DNA of 49,175 bases, taken from a virus. Taxonomy: Duplodnaviria > Caudoviricetes. Where the stretch lies: the IMG/VR virus record IMGVR_UViG_3300032074_000005, positions 1 through 49,175 of that record; one strand, given 5' to 3'. Shown one piece after another: positions 7,888 to 16,331 of the stretch. The notes beneath the pieces were generated by a model. The model ran no database searches. It saw only the letters and a program-made list of their open reading frames with translations, and was not told where the DNA came from. The position numbers and the translations under genes are program-made. Position 1 is the stretch's first letter; the number at the start of each line of letters is the position of its first letter.

Positions 7888-8186
7888 GCGTCCTCCTCGC
7901 CGGACTGGGGTCCGGCGAGCGCGGCGCGGATGGCATGGGCGCACTCGACTTCGACCTCGCTGGCCGTGTCGATGTCATCGCGGATGTACCTTCCATCCCA
8001 GGTGGCAACGACCGCCGTCACCCGCTCCACCGCTGCCTGTGCCTGCGCCAGCTCGGGCAGGGCGTCGAGGATGGTGCGAGCTCGGCGGCGGTCGTATTGC
8101 CCGAACGTCTCCGTCTCGCGCTTGCTCGGCACGTTCGCCAGCGCCTCGGCCACTCGCTCAACCAGCGCGTCTCGGTTCGTGCTCAT
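7884..8186 (-). CDS. Hypothetical protein, paralog of 7166..7504
   Basis: Shared blocks, including a ~46-bp identical DNA segment. Confidence 0.75.
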   Translation of the reverse strand: MSTNRDALVERVAEALANVPSKRETETFGQYDRRRARTILDALPELAQAQAAVERVTAVVATWDGRYIRDDIDTASEVEVECAHAIRAALAGPQSGEEDA

Positions 8187-8449
8187 GCGTCGGCCTTTCC
8201 GGACGGAATGACGTTGCCCGCCGCGTCATCCCAGAGCCGGGCGATGGTGTCATAGTCGGGTTGGCTGCGATCCGCGTCTCCATCCCAGAAGTGCTCCGCG
8301 ACAACGGCGATCACCTCTTCGCGCAGGCGGGCCAAGTAGTCCGCTGCGCAGGTGAGAACCGGCTGCTTTCGTCGCGTCGCAGCCGCCGCATTCCAGTCAA
8401 AGACCGGAACCTCGCCTACCTGCTCAAAGGGGTCGTTGTAGTCGTTCAT
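8183..8449 (-). CDS. Hypothetical protein ending in boundary motif B
   Basis: C-terminus VIPSGKADA; AGGAG RBS. Confidence 0.7.
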   Translation of the reverse strand: MNDYNDPFEQVGEVPVFDWNAAAATRRKQPVLTCAADYLARLREEVIAVVAEHFWDGDADRSQPDYDTIARLWDDAAGNVIPSGKADA

Positions 8450-8928
8450 GCGGTCTCCTGTTCAGCGGGTTGGCGGCGCGGGTCGTGATCGGCGCACAGC
8501 TCGGGTTTGAGGCCGTGCGTGCAGAGTGCGGCGGTGGCTTCACGGAGCCGGGCGCGTGCTATCTCGGCGGCGTTGCTGCGGCCTCGTGCGGCGAGTGCGA
8601 GCGGGCGGAAGTCATGCCCGGACCACTGGTTGTGCGCGCCCTCGGTGCGGCCACAGTCGGCGCACGCCTCATGCTTCTTGGGTGGGCGCGGCGCAACACG
8701 CTCGATTTCCTTCGGCGGCGCTTCGTTCCAGTGCGGGCCGGCCGACGGGATGGCGCCGGGCGTCTTGACCTTCGTGTCGGCGGCAGCTCGCAACGTGGCT
8801 AGCGCAACCTCGAAGGCGTCACGGTCCTTGACGCGGCCGAGTGCGGCGTAGATGCCTTCCTCGTTCCACGCTGGCCGTAGGAGGTGCGTCAAGTGTGTGA
8901 GGGCTTGGGCTTGCTCGCGGCTCAGCAT
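8446..8928 (-). CDS. Hypothetical protein, replication-region associated
   Basis: L...LRPAW...GI...L; lies downstream of the initiator-like gene. Confidence 0.65.
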   Translation of the reverse strand: MLSREQAQALTHLTHLLRPAWNEEGIYAALGRVKDRDAFEVALATLRAAADTKVKTPGAIPSAGPHWNEAPPKEIERVAPRPPKKHEACADCGRTEGAHNQWSGHDFRPLALAARGRSNAAEIARARLREATAALCTHGLKPELCADHDPRRQPAEQETA

Positions 8929-9176
8929 GGCTGACTCCCCACCGCCGCGAAGTGCTCGACGGCACGCAGCCAGCGCGACCGCATGACAAGCGCAGCGATC
9001 TCGTCCGCGTTCTCCTCAAGCGTCCAGCCGCGGCGCCTGGCATCCCAGAGGACGTGGACCATGCCGGTGCTGTCGGCCTCCCATAGCTCGAAAGGCTCAC
9101 TGAGCCCGTACGTGCGACTGTCGAGGTCAAGCCATTCGGCATTCCTGATTCGCGGGTCGGTCGTCGGCTTCCTCAT
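8922..9176 (-). CDS. Hypothetical protein
   Basis: ATGA-coupled, starts MRKPTT. Confidence 0.6.
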   Translation of the reverse strand: MRKPTTDPRIRNAEWLDLDSRTYGLSEPFELWEADSTGMVHVLWDARRRGWTLEENADEIAALVMRSRWLRAVEHFAAVGSQPC

Positions 9177-9361
9177 GCGATCACCGCCGAGCGCAGCGAG
9201 GTCATGCATCGGGCAAGCCGCGCTGGAACAGTCTGGAGATGCGTGGCTAACGCAACCCAAACTCCGAATCCACCTCCTACTCCTACTCCCCCTCCTACTC
9301 GGGGATGAGGAGCGCGTGAGGAATTCATGAGCGCCTCATGAGCAACTAGTGAGAGATTCAT
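9173..9361 (-). CDS. Small ORF overlapping a repeat-rich putative origin
   Basis: ATGA coupling at both ends; GVGVGGG low complexity. Confidence 0.45.
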   Translation of the reverse strand: MNLSLVAHEALMNSSRAPHPRVGGGVGVGGGFGVWVALATHLQTVPARLARCMTSLRSAVIA

Positions 9362-9708
9362 GCGGCATCCTCGGGTGGCTCAGGGATGGTGCTGGGGGAT
9401 GGGTGAGGTGGTTTCTGATGTCTGGCCCACGTCGTCAGATAGCCGTAGGTGCCGCCATTGACTTGGTATGTGGTGACCATCCCTTCCGACTCGATCTCAC
9501 CTAGCCACCGCTTGATGCGAGCTGGCGGGATGTCGTCGTGCGGGAACAGCGAGCCGCAGATGGCGACGGGCGTGGCGATGAATCGGCCTTCGTCGTCGGC
9601 CATGCAGGTGATGAGGCCGGCGAGCGTGAGGCGTGCGTCGCGGCTGAGGCGGCAGACTTTGTCGTCGGACCAGAACGCCGTCTTGAGTGGGCGCGACTGG
9701 CGGGCCAT
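9358..9708 (-). CDS. Phage replication initiator / replisome organiser N-terminal-like wHTH protein
   Basis: MAR..R.LK..FWSDDKV..LS..ARL...GL....DDEGR...W..HQK. Confidence 0.7.
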   Translation of the reverse strand: MARQSRPLKTAFWSDDKVCRLSRDARLTLAGLITCMADDEGRFIATPVAICGSLFPHDDIPPARIKRWLGEIESEGMVTTYQVNGGTYGYLTTWARHQKPPHPSPSTIPEPPEDAA

Positions 9709-10532
9709 CAGGCGACACCGCCGAACAATGTGTCCTGGCAGAGGCGCTTGGCTGCGACCTCGCAGTACCGCTCAGACTTCTCGATGCCGATGGCACGAAC
9801 GCCGGCATCCTTGGCAGCTCGAAGAGTCGTCCCGCTACCCGCGAAGGGGTCTGCCACTAGGGCCGGCGCGGTGGTCTCGATGGCGGCCGCAGGCAGACTG
9901 AGTGGGAACGGCGCAGGATGGTCGGGGTTCGATTCCTGCGGTATGCGCCACACGTCACCTAAGCCGGAGGCGGCCTTGCTCTTGAGCCGGAACCCGGGCT
10001 TGGCGAACACCATGATCCACTCGTGCGTCGGAACGTAGTGCGTCGGCGCGTAGTTCATTCCTCCCGACCGCGCCCACACGACAATCTGCCTGATGGGCAG
10101 GTCCGGGTTCAGTGCGAGCGGGGTCCAGAGGGTGCCAGCTTGAACACGGGGCTTGTGGTTGTAGTAGATCGCACCCGTATCGCTGAGCGATGCCCAGCAT
10201 GCAGCGAGGACACGGCGCTGCCACTCCTCATACATCCGGTATGGCATCGCGTCGTTGTGTGAGTCATATCCGATCCCATCACCGTCATGTTTAGCGGCAA
10301 CCCACTTGCCTTTGCCGCCGTGTGGCTGGCCGTCCTTCCAGTGGCCGAAGCCGCCACCCGTGGTGACCCCGAGGTTGTACGGAGGTGACGTGACGATGAG
10401 GTCGACGCCGGAAAGATTGGGAAGAATGTGCTCGCAGTCGCCGTGGTACAGCGTCACGAGATCGTCGGAGTAGTACGGAACTACCCGGGCGGGGGGTGTT
10501 GCCTCTTCGGAGGCGGGTGGCACAATGGTCAC
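9708..10532 (-). CDS. DNA N6-adenine/N4-cytosine methyltransferase (beta class)
   Basis: TLYHGDC, IVTSPPY, HPAPFP, DPFAGSGTT, GIEK; AAGGAG RBS before the GTG at 10532. Confidence 0.9.
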   Translation of the reverse strand: MTIVPPASEEATPPARVVPYYSDDLVTLYHGDCEHILPNLSGVDLIVTSPPYNLGVTTGGGFGHWKDGQPHGGKGKWVAAKHDGDGIGYDSHNDAMPYRMYEEWQRRVLAACWASLSDTGAIYYNHKPRVQAGTLWTPLALNPDLPIRQIVVWARSGGMNYAPTHYVPTHEWIMVFAKPGFRLKSKAASGLGDVWRIPQESNPDHPAPFPLSLPAAAIETTAPALVADPFAGSGTTLRAAKDAGVRAIGIEKSERYCEVAAKRLCQDTLFGGVA

Positions 10533-10536
10533 GCGA

Positions 10537-10785
10537 TCACAGCTCCTTAGCCGGATGTGGTCGTCGCCCCGGGTCTGTTTGCCGCAGACTCGGGGCACTT
10601 TCGCTACTGACCATCTTACCGCAGCTCGCTTCCCCTTGCTGTGCACGCAATTCCGCGCATCGGCCGCACTCGCAGACCTGCCCGCGCTTGACGCATCGGT
10701 CGCACTGTGGGATCGCGCCGACGGGCCCAGTGCAGAAACCCGACAGGTGCGGCCGGGTCTCCTGCTGGGCGGTCTGGCGGGTCAC
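10537..10785 (-). CDS. Small Cys-rich hypothetical protein
   Basis: GTGA-coupled; RPHLSGFC...CDRC...CEC..C. Confidence 0.45.
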   Translation of the reverse strand: MTRQTAQQETRPHLSGFCTGPVGAIPQCDRCVKRGQVCECGRCAELRAQQGEASCGKMVSSESAPSLRQTDPGRRPHPAKEL

Positions 10786-11252
10786 GAGGCGTCTCGCTTG
10801 GCCCACTGGCGCGCTTTCTGGGCTGCGCTGTGGGCTTGTTTGCAGGCGTCGCACGGCTCGTTCTTGTCCCGGCGCAGGTGCCGGAAGTAGCCACTGTCGG
10901 TCCCGCAGATCGCACTGATTCGGCGTTGTCGCCGCTTGCGGCGAGCTTCGGTTGATGCCTTCCTGCACGCGTCGCACAGTGGCTCTCGGTTACGCGAGTG
11001 CTTCTCTGCGCCGGCCGGTGTCCCGCAACTGTCGTAGATGACTAGAGGCGTGCGTTCGGTGATGGTCAGCCCACCGATGACGCCTTCGTTGTCCGCGTTG
11101 TCGACGAGGCAGGCTTCGCGGATCGGGCAGCGAGCACAGACCGCGCGGGCTTCCTTGACGGCGTCGTAGTAGTCGGCCATCGAGTGCGGCGTGATGGTGC
11201 GGTCGTAGAGGTCTGCCTTGCCGAGACAGGCTGCGCGGCTGTAGTCGGTCAC
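10782..11252 (-). CDS. WhiB-family protein with C-terminal Cys/His repeats
   Basis: AAC...AVCARCPIREACL...GVIGGLT..ER, then two CGT..G...H....E.C..C repeats. Confidence 0.8.
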   Translation of the reverse strand: MTDYSRAACLGKADLYDRTITPHSMADYYDAVKEARAVCARCPIREACLVDNADNEGVIGGLTITERTPLVIYDSCGTPAGAEKHSRNREPLCDACRKASTEARRKRRQRRISAICGTDSGYFRHLRRDKNEPCDACKQAHSAAQKARQWAKRDAS

Positions 11253-11575
11253 GGCGTGAACTCCGTCCAGGTCGATGCGGGGCCAGCAGTGACGTGCCAG
11301 AACTTGATGCCGACGCCGGGTGTGACGACGGCGAGTAGCGGCAGGGCGCTGGCCAGGTTGGCGGCGTGTATGAGTCGCGCGCGGTCGTCGGGGCCGAGGG
11401 TCTTGTTCGGTGTGCCGACTTGGATGAGCGCGAGGCCGTGTTCGGGGTGCGCCATGACGAGATCGGCGGCACCTTTGGATCCGGCTGAGCGTGCGATGAG
11501 TTGCCAGTCGTGGTGGACGATGAGGTGGTTCCTGACGCGATGCTCGCGAGCTCGGCCGGCTGTGGCTGAGCTCAT
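11249..11575 (-). CDS. PD-(D/E)xK nuclease, Hjc-like Holliday junction resolvase
   Basis: G.AREH.V...RSAGSKGAADL...LIQV. Confidence 0.7.
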   Translation of the reverse strand: MSSATAGRAREHRVRNHLIVHHDWQLIARSAGSKGAADLVMAHPEHGLALIQVGTPNKTLGPDDRARLIHAANLASALPLLAVVTPGVGIKFWHVTAGPASTWTEFTP

Positions 11576-11730
11576 GCGTCGACCCCCGGCTCGTGCTCAT
11601 CAATGCGTCCACAGCCACACGGGCACATGGACGCCAAGGTGCGCTCGACCAGCCGTAGGGTTGCGCTGTCCCGGACGCCGATGGTCCAGGCGCGGGCGTC
11701 GTGGATGGCGAGGATGAGGCGGGCGATCAT
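11572..11730 (-). CDS. Hypothetical protein
   Basis: MIARLIL...; ATGA coupling. Confidence 0.5.
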   Translation of the reverse strand: MIARLILAIHDARAWTIGVRDSATLRLVERTLASMCPCGCGRIDEHEPGVDA

Positions 11731-11800
11731 CGTCCGCGGCCCATCACGAGCCGGTAAACGCGGTCGAGGACGCGGTACCAGAACGGCCAGGTGAAGATCC

Positions 11801-11944
11801 TCACGATTCCTCCAGGTCGTCCGCGTCGGGCATCCGGTTCGCGTCGTACAGGTGGCCTCCGCTGCGGACGGTGTACGGGTGATCACCGAGGCGGCGTGAC
11901 TCGATCTCGTCGACCAAGTTGGGCGTGGCGTCGAAGGTGTTCAT
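11801..11944 (-). CDS. Hypothetical protein (47 aa)
   Basis: MNTFDATPNL...; starts in the ATGA of motif B. Confidence 0.5.
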   Translation of the reverse strand: MNTFDATPNLVDEIESRRLGDHPYTVRSGGHLYDANRMPDADDLEES

Positions 11945-12186
11945 GCGTCGGACTTTCCGGGCGGAATGACGCGCACGAACATGGGCGGGATGAAGTTGTC
12001 AGCCCCGCACGATTGACACATCCAACCTTCGCTAGATGGGAAGTTCTCGCTCAGCCGCGCTGCGTGTATACGGCAGGCCCCGCATGGCTTGGTTCTGTTG
12101 CTGTAGGCCACGTCCCAATGCATCGGGTGATACTCGCGGCACAGCGCCGCAGCAAGTGCGTCATTCTCGGCGGAGTACTCGCTCAT
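11941..12186 (-). CDS. Hypothetical cassette-type protein
   Basis: MSEYSAENDA...RVIPPGKSDA; motifs A and B. Confidence 0.7.
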   Translation of the reverse strand: MSEYSAENDALAAALCREYHPMHWDVAYSNRTKPCGACRIHAARLSENFPSSEGWMCQSCGADNFIPPMFVRVIPPGKSDA

Positions 12187-12698
12187 GCCTGCCCCCTCAA
12201 CGCAGCAGCCTCGGCCTCGATTTGCTTGCGCCGTTCGGGATCTGCGGTGCCCCATTCAGCCTTGAGCGCCCCGAGGAGTTCGGCGTTCGGGTCGGGCGGG
12301 GGTGCGTCGGGGAGCGGCTGCACGACGTGCAGCGACTTCTTGCCCTTCGACTCGGCGAGCGCGATCTTCACGGGCTCCTTGATATGCGACATATGGCTCA
12401 CGCGAATGCCGCCGATCTCCTGGCCGGCCCACTTGACCTTCGCGTCGCGGTACAACGTGAAGCGGGGACGCTCGGGCCAGTCGTCGGTCTCCTCGCCCCA
12501 GACGTGCGAGAGCAGCCGCAGGACGGTCTTGGAGGGCTTGAATGGGCGGCTGGCGGGGAACTCCTCGAGCACGATCGCGACGGGCTGATCAGCGTCACCG
12601 CGGCGAACATCGGCAACCGTGAAGGTGCGAGGGCCCCCCACAAGGTCGTCTGCGTTGAGTTGGTCGCTGCGGGCGAGGATCGCTTGGCTGAGGTTCAT
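12183..12698 (-). CDS. Conserved phage protein, probable recombination/ssDNA-binding partner of RecE
   Basis: I.ARSDQLNADDL...PFKPSK...V.W.G..IGGIRVSH; lies downstream of the exonuclease. Confidence 0.65.
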   Translation of the reverse strand: MNLSQAILARSDQLNADDLVGGPRTFTVADVRRGDADQPVAIVLEEFPASRPFKPSKTVLRLLSHVWGEETDDWPERPRFTLYRDAKVKWAGQEIGGIRVSHMSHIKEPVKIALAESKGKKSLHVVQPLPDAPPPDPNAELLGALKAEWGTADPERRKQIEAEAAALRGQA

Positions 12699-12701
12699 CA
12701 C
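12690..12701 (-). repeat. 12-bp direct repeat GTGATGAACCTC (other copy 13100-13111)
   Basis: Exact match flanking gene 12698..13108. Confidence 0.75.
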
Positions 12702-13108
12702 CACTCCTCGTCTTTCGTGTCGATGACCGCGCAGTCGTCCTCTATGTGCAGCCCGACTACCTGCGGTCCAGTCGATCCGTAGGGAGCGATATGAAGGAAG
12801 GTGTAGGAATCCATCTCGTAATCGCCGCCCTTGTAGCCCCGGAAGGTCTTTCCGTCAGCGGCATCCAGGGATGCGATCACCTCGCGGGCTGTGGTCGAAC
12901 CGCCATCAGCCGCGAAAGCCAGGCGCTCGTAGTAGCCGCGATACGAGTCGAGCGATCCCGGTGCGCCCCCCTTGTCGATTACGACGGGCGTCTCTGGGGG
13001 CAAGGTCGCCAGCGTCGAGCGAAGTCCTCCGAGAGTCATCACCCCGGCTCTTCGCGCGTCCTCGTTGCACTTGGCATTCACTAGATCCATCAGGAAGTCG
13101 AGGTTCAT
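12698..13108 (-). CDS. Hypothetical protein
   Basis: MTLG.L...SYRGYYERLAF...F.GYKGGDY.M. Confidence 0.7.
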   Translation of the reverse strand: MNLDFLMDLVNAKCNEDARRAGVMTLGGLRSTLATLPPETPVVIDKGGAPGSLDSYRGYYERLAFAADGGSTTAREVIASLDAADGKTFRGYKGGDYEMDSYTFLHIAPYGSTGPQVVGLHIEDDCAVIDTKDEEW

Positions 13109-13980
13109 CACATGCTCAATTCGGGTTCGGCGAACGGGTTGAGGTGGTTCGGCAGTAGGTCGCCGTACTGGTAGAAGTAGCGATTGGGTAGCCCGGTCGG
13201 ATCGGCGTGCAGGCTGGGATATCCGGCCCACTGTCCGCTCTTCATCGCCTCGGCGTAGATGTCGATGGCGCGGTCGTTGAGTGCCCGAGCGACTTCGATT
13301 GCCAGCGGGTCGCAGGTGTGCACCTGAACGAGGTACGGGTCTTGCGTCTCCTGGACGATGAACCGCATGGGTTCGTCTGCTGCTTCGTGGCCTAGCGCGT
13401 ACAGGCCGCGCTGGTAGAACTCGGCCTGCTGGTGGTAGCCGTAGGTCGACATGGCGTGCTCGAACCCGCGTGCGGAGGAGTCCTCGGCTGTCTTGTAGTC
13501 CCAGGCGAGCCTGTCGCCGAGGAGGTCGTAGCGGGCTCGGCACCAGACGTCGCCCTCTTGCCAGAAGGCAGACACCTCTGATTCGCAGCGGTCGAGGATC
13601 GCGGCAACTTCCGGCGTTTCGCGCAGGACGATTGCCATGCCGAGGATCTGGTTGCGTTCGGCTTCGGTGACCGCTACTGCGGCCTCTGTGGAGAGCTTGT
13701 CGGCGACAGCCTCTCGCTCAGCCTTGCCAGCCTTGGTGCGTCCGTCGTGCTGCCAGACGATCAGCTCGGGGCCGGCGCCGAGTGCGTGCGCGTGTGCTGC
13801 CTTGCCGAGGTTCATCGACTTGGTTGGCTTGCGGTTGATGTGACATGCGCGCGCCTTGGCTGGTACGTGGCTGGTGAGCAGCCGTGCGAACGTGCTCGAC
13901 AGCGAACCACCAGGCACAGGATCGCCGTGGTAGGTCTCGTCGGACATGCCGCGGACGAGGCGGGGTTCTGTGATACTCAT
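13108..13980 (-). CDS. RecE/exonuclease VIII-like PD-(D/E)xK nuclease
   Basis: YH....LSST..., LG.AAH, E.S.FW, CRARYD, DYKT, YHQQAEFY. Confidence 0.85.
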   Translation of the reverse strand: MSITEPRLVRGMSDETYHGDPVPGGSLSSTFARLLTSHVPAKARACHINRKPTKSMNLGKAAHAHALGAGPELIVWQHDGRTKAGKAEREAVADKLSTEAAVAVTEAERNQILGMAIVLRETPEVAAILDRCESEVSAFWQEGDVWCRARYDLLGDRLAWDYKTAEDSSARGFEHAMSTYGYHQQAEFYQRGLYALGHEAADEPMRFIVQETQDPYLVQVHTCDPLAIEVARALNDRAIDIYAEAMKSGQWAGYPSLHADPTGLPNRYFYQYGDLLPNHLNPFAEPELSM

Positions 13981-14372
13981 GCCGCCCCCCGATCCCGCCG
14001 CCGTTGTGCTGCTGCTGCGTTGTCGCGTCGGTGGCCGGTGTCGTAGCAGTTGTCGGAGCAGTAGGTGCGGCGTCCGTTGGTGAGGGGTGTCGCGCATTCG
14101 ACGCAGACTCGTTTGGCGGCTCGGAGCTTGGCGATCATGTCGCGGCGTTTCCGTTCGCTGGTGCCGGCCCAGATGCCGTACTTCTCGCCGTTGCTGATGG
14201 CGTAGTCGAGGCACTGGTCGCGGACGGGGCATTGGCGGCAGACGGCTTTGGCGATGCGTCCTTGCGGTCCGGTGTTCTCCGGGAACCAAAGGTCGCTGTT
14301 GTATGCGTCCGGCTGTGCGCACAGGCCCCGCTGCATCCATTCGGGGCGCGGGCCGAGGTAGTCAGTTGTCAT
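13977..14372 (-). CDS. whiB: WhiB family transcription factor
   Basis: W...GLC...LWFP...AKAVCRQCPVRDQCL.YA....GIWAG. Confidence 0.9.
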   Translation of the reverse strand: MTTDYLGPRPEWMQRGLCAQPDAYNSDLWFPENTGPQGRIAKAVCRQCPVRDQCLDYAISNGEKYGIWAGTSERKRRDMIAKLRAAKRVCVECATPLTNGRRTYCSDNCYDTGHRRDNAAAAQRRRDRGAA

Positions 14373-14521
14373 CGTCGGCACTCTTCTTCGGCTGCGGCAT
14401 ACATCGCGTTCGCGATGACCACGGCGAAGACGATGGGCGCCACCCAGAGGGAGACGAATCGGCATCCGATGAACACGGCGGCGAAGGTGATCAGGTGGCT
14501 CGTGACCCGTAGCACGCTCAC
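14369..14521 (-). CDS. Small membrane protein
   Basis: Hydrophobic ORF, GGAGG RBS, coupled. Confidence 0.55.
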   Translation of the reverse strand: MSVLRVTSHLITFAAVFIGCRFVSLWVAPIVFAVVIANAMYAAAEEECRR

Positions 14522-14679
14522 GACTCCTCCCGCTCGTCCAGCCGCCCGCTCAGGTCGGGGTCGGGGATCAGCCACACCAGCAGCCGCTCGACGAACGGGA
14601 AACGCTGGTAGAGACGGTCCAGGGCGACGCCGGCGACGAGGATCGCGGCCATTGCGAGAAGGGCGGGGATGATGCTCAT
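14518..14679 (-). CDS. Small membrane protein
   Basis: MSIIPALLAMAAILVAGVAL..., coupled. Confidence 0.55.
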   Translation of the reverse strand: MSIIPALLAMAAILVAGVALDRLYQRFPFVERLLVWLIPDPDLSGRLDEREES

Positions 14680-15179
14680 GCGCTGACTCCCTCGCTGAGC
14701 ACGCGGACGGCGGCGATCTCGTCGTACTCGCGGGGTTGCGTATGCCCATCAGTGTTGGGAAACCAGGGGTTGCGCGTGAAGTCGTCCGCGCCAGCCTCGA
14801 CGCGAGTCCATCGAAGGCCATTCGCGTCCTCGACCACCGCACCGAGGCCCTGCGGCTCAGGCGGCTTCGGCGGGCGGGTCTGCGCCTCGATCTGGTCGAG
14901 CAGTCGACGGATCGCGTCTTTCTCGACGGTGAGCGAAGTCCACCCAGTCCACCGCGCCAGGGCTTCACGGAGCCTGGGAATGTCCTCGCCCAGGTCCAGC
15001 GTGACGAGGGGGCGGATGTCGGTGACGTCATGCGGAGCGTGCGCGCGGCCTCCCTTCATATAGACGGACGAGAGCCATGCGCGAGTGCCCGTTCCGCCCT
15101 CGAAAAGCATCACCCGCACGCCCTCGACCCCGCGCACGGTGGCCGTCGCAACGGTGCCGATCGGGTAGTCGCCGCTCAT
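14676..15179 (-). CDS. Hypothetical protein
   Basis: MSGDYPIGTVA...EP.GLGAVVED; coupled. Confidence 0.7.
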   Translation of the reverse strand: MSGDYPIGTVATATVRGVEGVRVMLFEGGTGTRAWLSSVYMKGGRAHAPHDVTDIRPLVTLDLGEDIPRLREALARWTGWTSLTVEKDAIRRLLDQIEAQTRPPKPPEPQGLGAVVEDANGLRWTRVEAGADDFTRNPWFPNTDGHTQPREYDEIAAVRVLSEGVSA

Positions 15180-15505
15180 GCGCTGAACCTGACCGGCGCG
15201 ACGTCGGACACCTGACCCGCTGCGAGACCCCACGCCCACCAGACGGCCCATTTGCAGTCGTCGTCGATGTAGGCGAGCACAGAACGCAGGTAGACGGGGT
15301 TGGCGCCTGCGAGTCCGGTGAGGAAGTCGAGCAGTGACCATTCGCCCGTCGACAGGGTGAGGTCGCCGTGTGGGACGTCGACGGTCAGCACTTGGCCGTC
15401 GTCGCTGGTGGTTCCGACGCGGCGAACAGCATCACCTAACGGCGTGTGTGCGAGGACGTGGAGCGCGGCGGTGCGGTAGGTGTCGCGATAGTGCAAGGCG
15501 GTCAT
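15176..15505 (-). CDS. Hypothetical protein
   Basis: Coupled 109-aa ORF. Confidence 0.7.
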   Translation of the reverse strand: MTALHYRDTYRTAALHVLAHTPLGDAVRRVGTTSDDGQVLTVDVPHGDLTLSTGEWSLLDFLTGLAGANPVYLRSVLAYIDDDCKWAVWWAWGLAAGQVSDVAPVRFSA

Positions 15506-15906
15506 GACGCGGCCACCGCCTCAATGGGCTCGACATACCGAATGGGGCGCTTTCGTGCCTGCGCGTATTCGATCTCACTGCGCGTCGACTCACCGATGTA
15601 GCCACCGACATTCAGGACGAGCACCTCGTCGGCAAGGTCGATCTTCCGTTTGTGCAGCTCGTCCAGTCGCACCTTGAGTTCCGGGCTGATTGGGACGTTG
15701 ATGTCGGCAGCGGCGGAACTGGTGTCTAGGTCTCCGACCGACAAGACGATGGCGCCGTCGTGCGTCAGGCGCTTCCCGTGTTCGTACCAAGCTTCCTTGA
15801 AACGAGTGGAGCCGCAGAGGACGACAATCTTCGGGCGCGGGCCGAGGAAGTCTCGGACCAACCCGTGGTAGTCGCCGCAATCGTTGGAGTAGTGCGGGTA
15901 TCCCAT
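15502..15906 (-). CDS. Nucleoside 2-deoxyribosyltransferase-like (flavodoxin-like fold) protein
   Basis: IVVLCGSTRF...H.RKID.AD.V.VLN..GYIGEST..EIEYA. Confidence 0.7.
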   Translation of the reverse strand: MGYPHYSNDCGDYHGLVRDFLGPRPKIVVLCGSTRFKEAWYEHGKRLTHDGAIVLSVGDLDTSSAAADINVPISPELKVRLDELHKRKIDLADEVLVLNVGGYIGESTRSEIEYAQARKRPIRYVEPIEAVAAS

Positions 15907-16026
15907 GTGAGACACTTCTTTCTGTCTGGCCGCGTCAGGTGCGATGTGCGATCCCGCCTGGCGCGGCTGTCTTTTGTGCGGACGTGGTTTCCGGCCACCG
16001 CGCATGCGTGACAGCCGGAGTTCGGG

Positions 16027-16137
16027 TTAGCCGCTGAACAGCAGCACGGTCACCGCGAACCCGACGGCGACCCAGCACAGGGCGCTGAATGCGAGTGCGG
16101 CGAACCAGAAGGCGGTCTTGACGGGGTCGGTGCTCAT
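16027..16137 (-). CDS. Small membrane protein
   Basis: Single hydrophobic helix, ATGA-coupled to xis. Confidence 0.55.
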   Translation of the reverse strand: MSTDPVKTAFWFAALAFSALCWVAVGFAVTVLLFSG

Positions 16138-16331
16138 GCGTCCTCGAGCCCGTTGAACCAGTCCTCGAGCGCCGAGGCGGTGATGCGGTAGCCGCGGCCG
16201 AGCTTCTTGGCGCGAAGTGTGTTGCCGCTGGTGGCTCGGATGGCGCGCTTGATGAGGTCGGGAGAGACGGACTTGAGCTCGGCGGCCTCGGTGACTGAGT
16301 AGGCGCGCTCGGCCTGGCGCGGGGTGGTCAT
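16134..16331 (-). CDS. Excisionase-like (HTH_17/MerR-type) DNA-binding protein
   Basis: YSVTEAAE...SPD.I.RAI....L.AKK.G..YRI...AL..W. Confidence 0.8.
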   Translation of the reverse strand: MTTPRQAERAYSVTEAAELKSVSPDLIKRAIRATSGNTLRAKKLGRGYRITASALEDWFNGLEDA

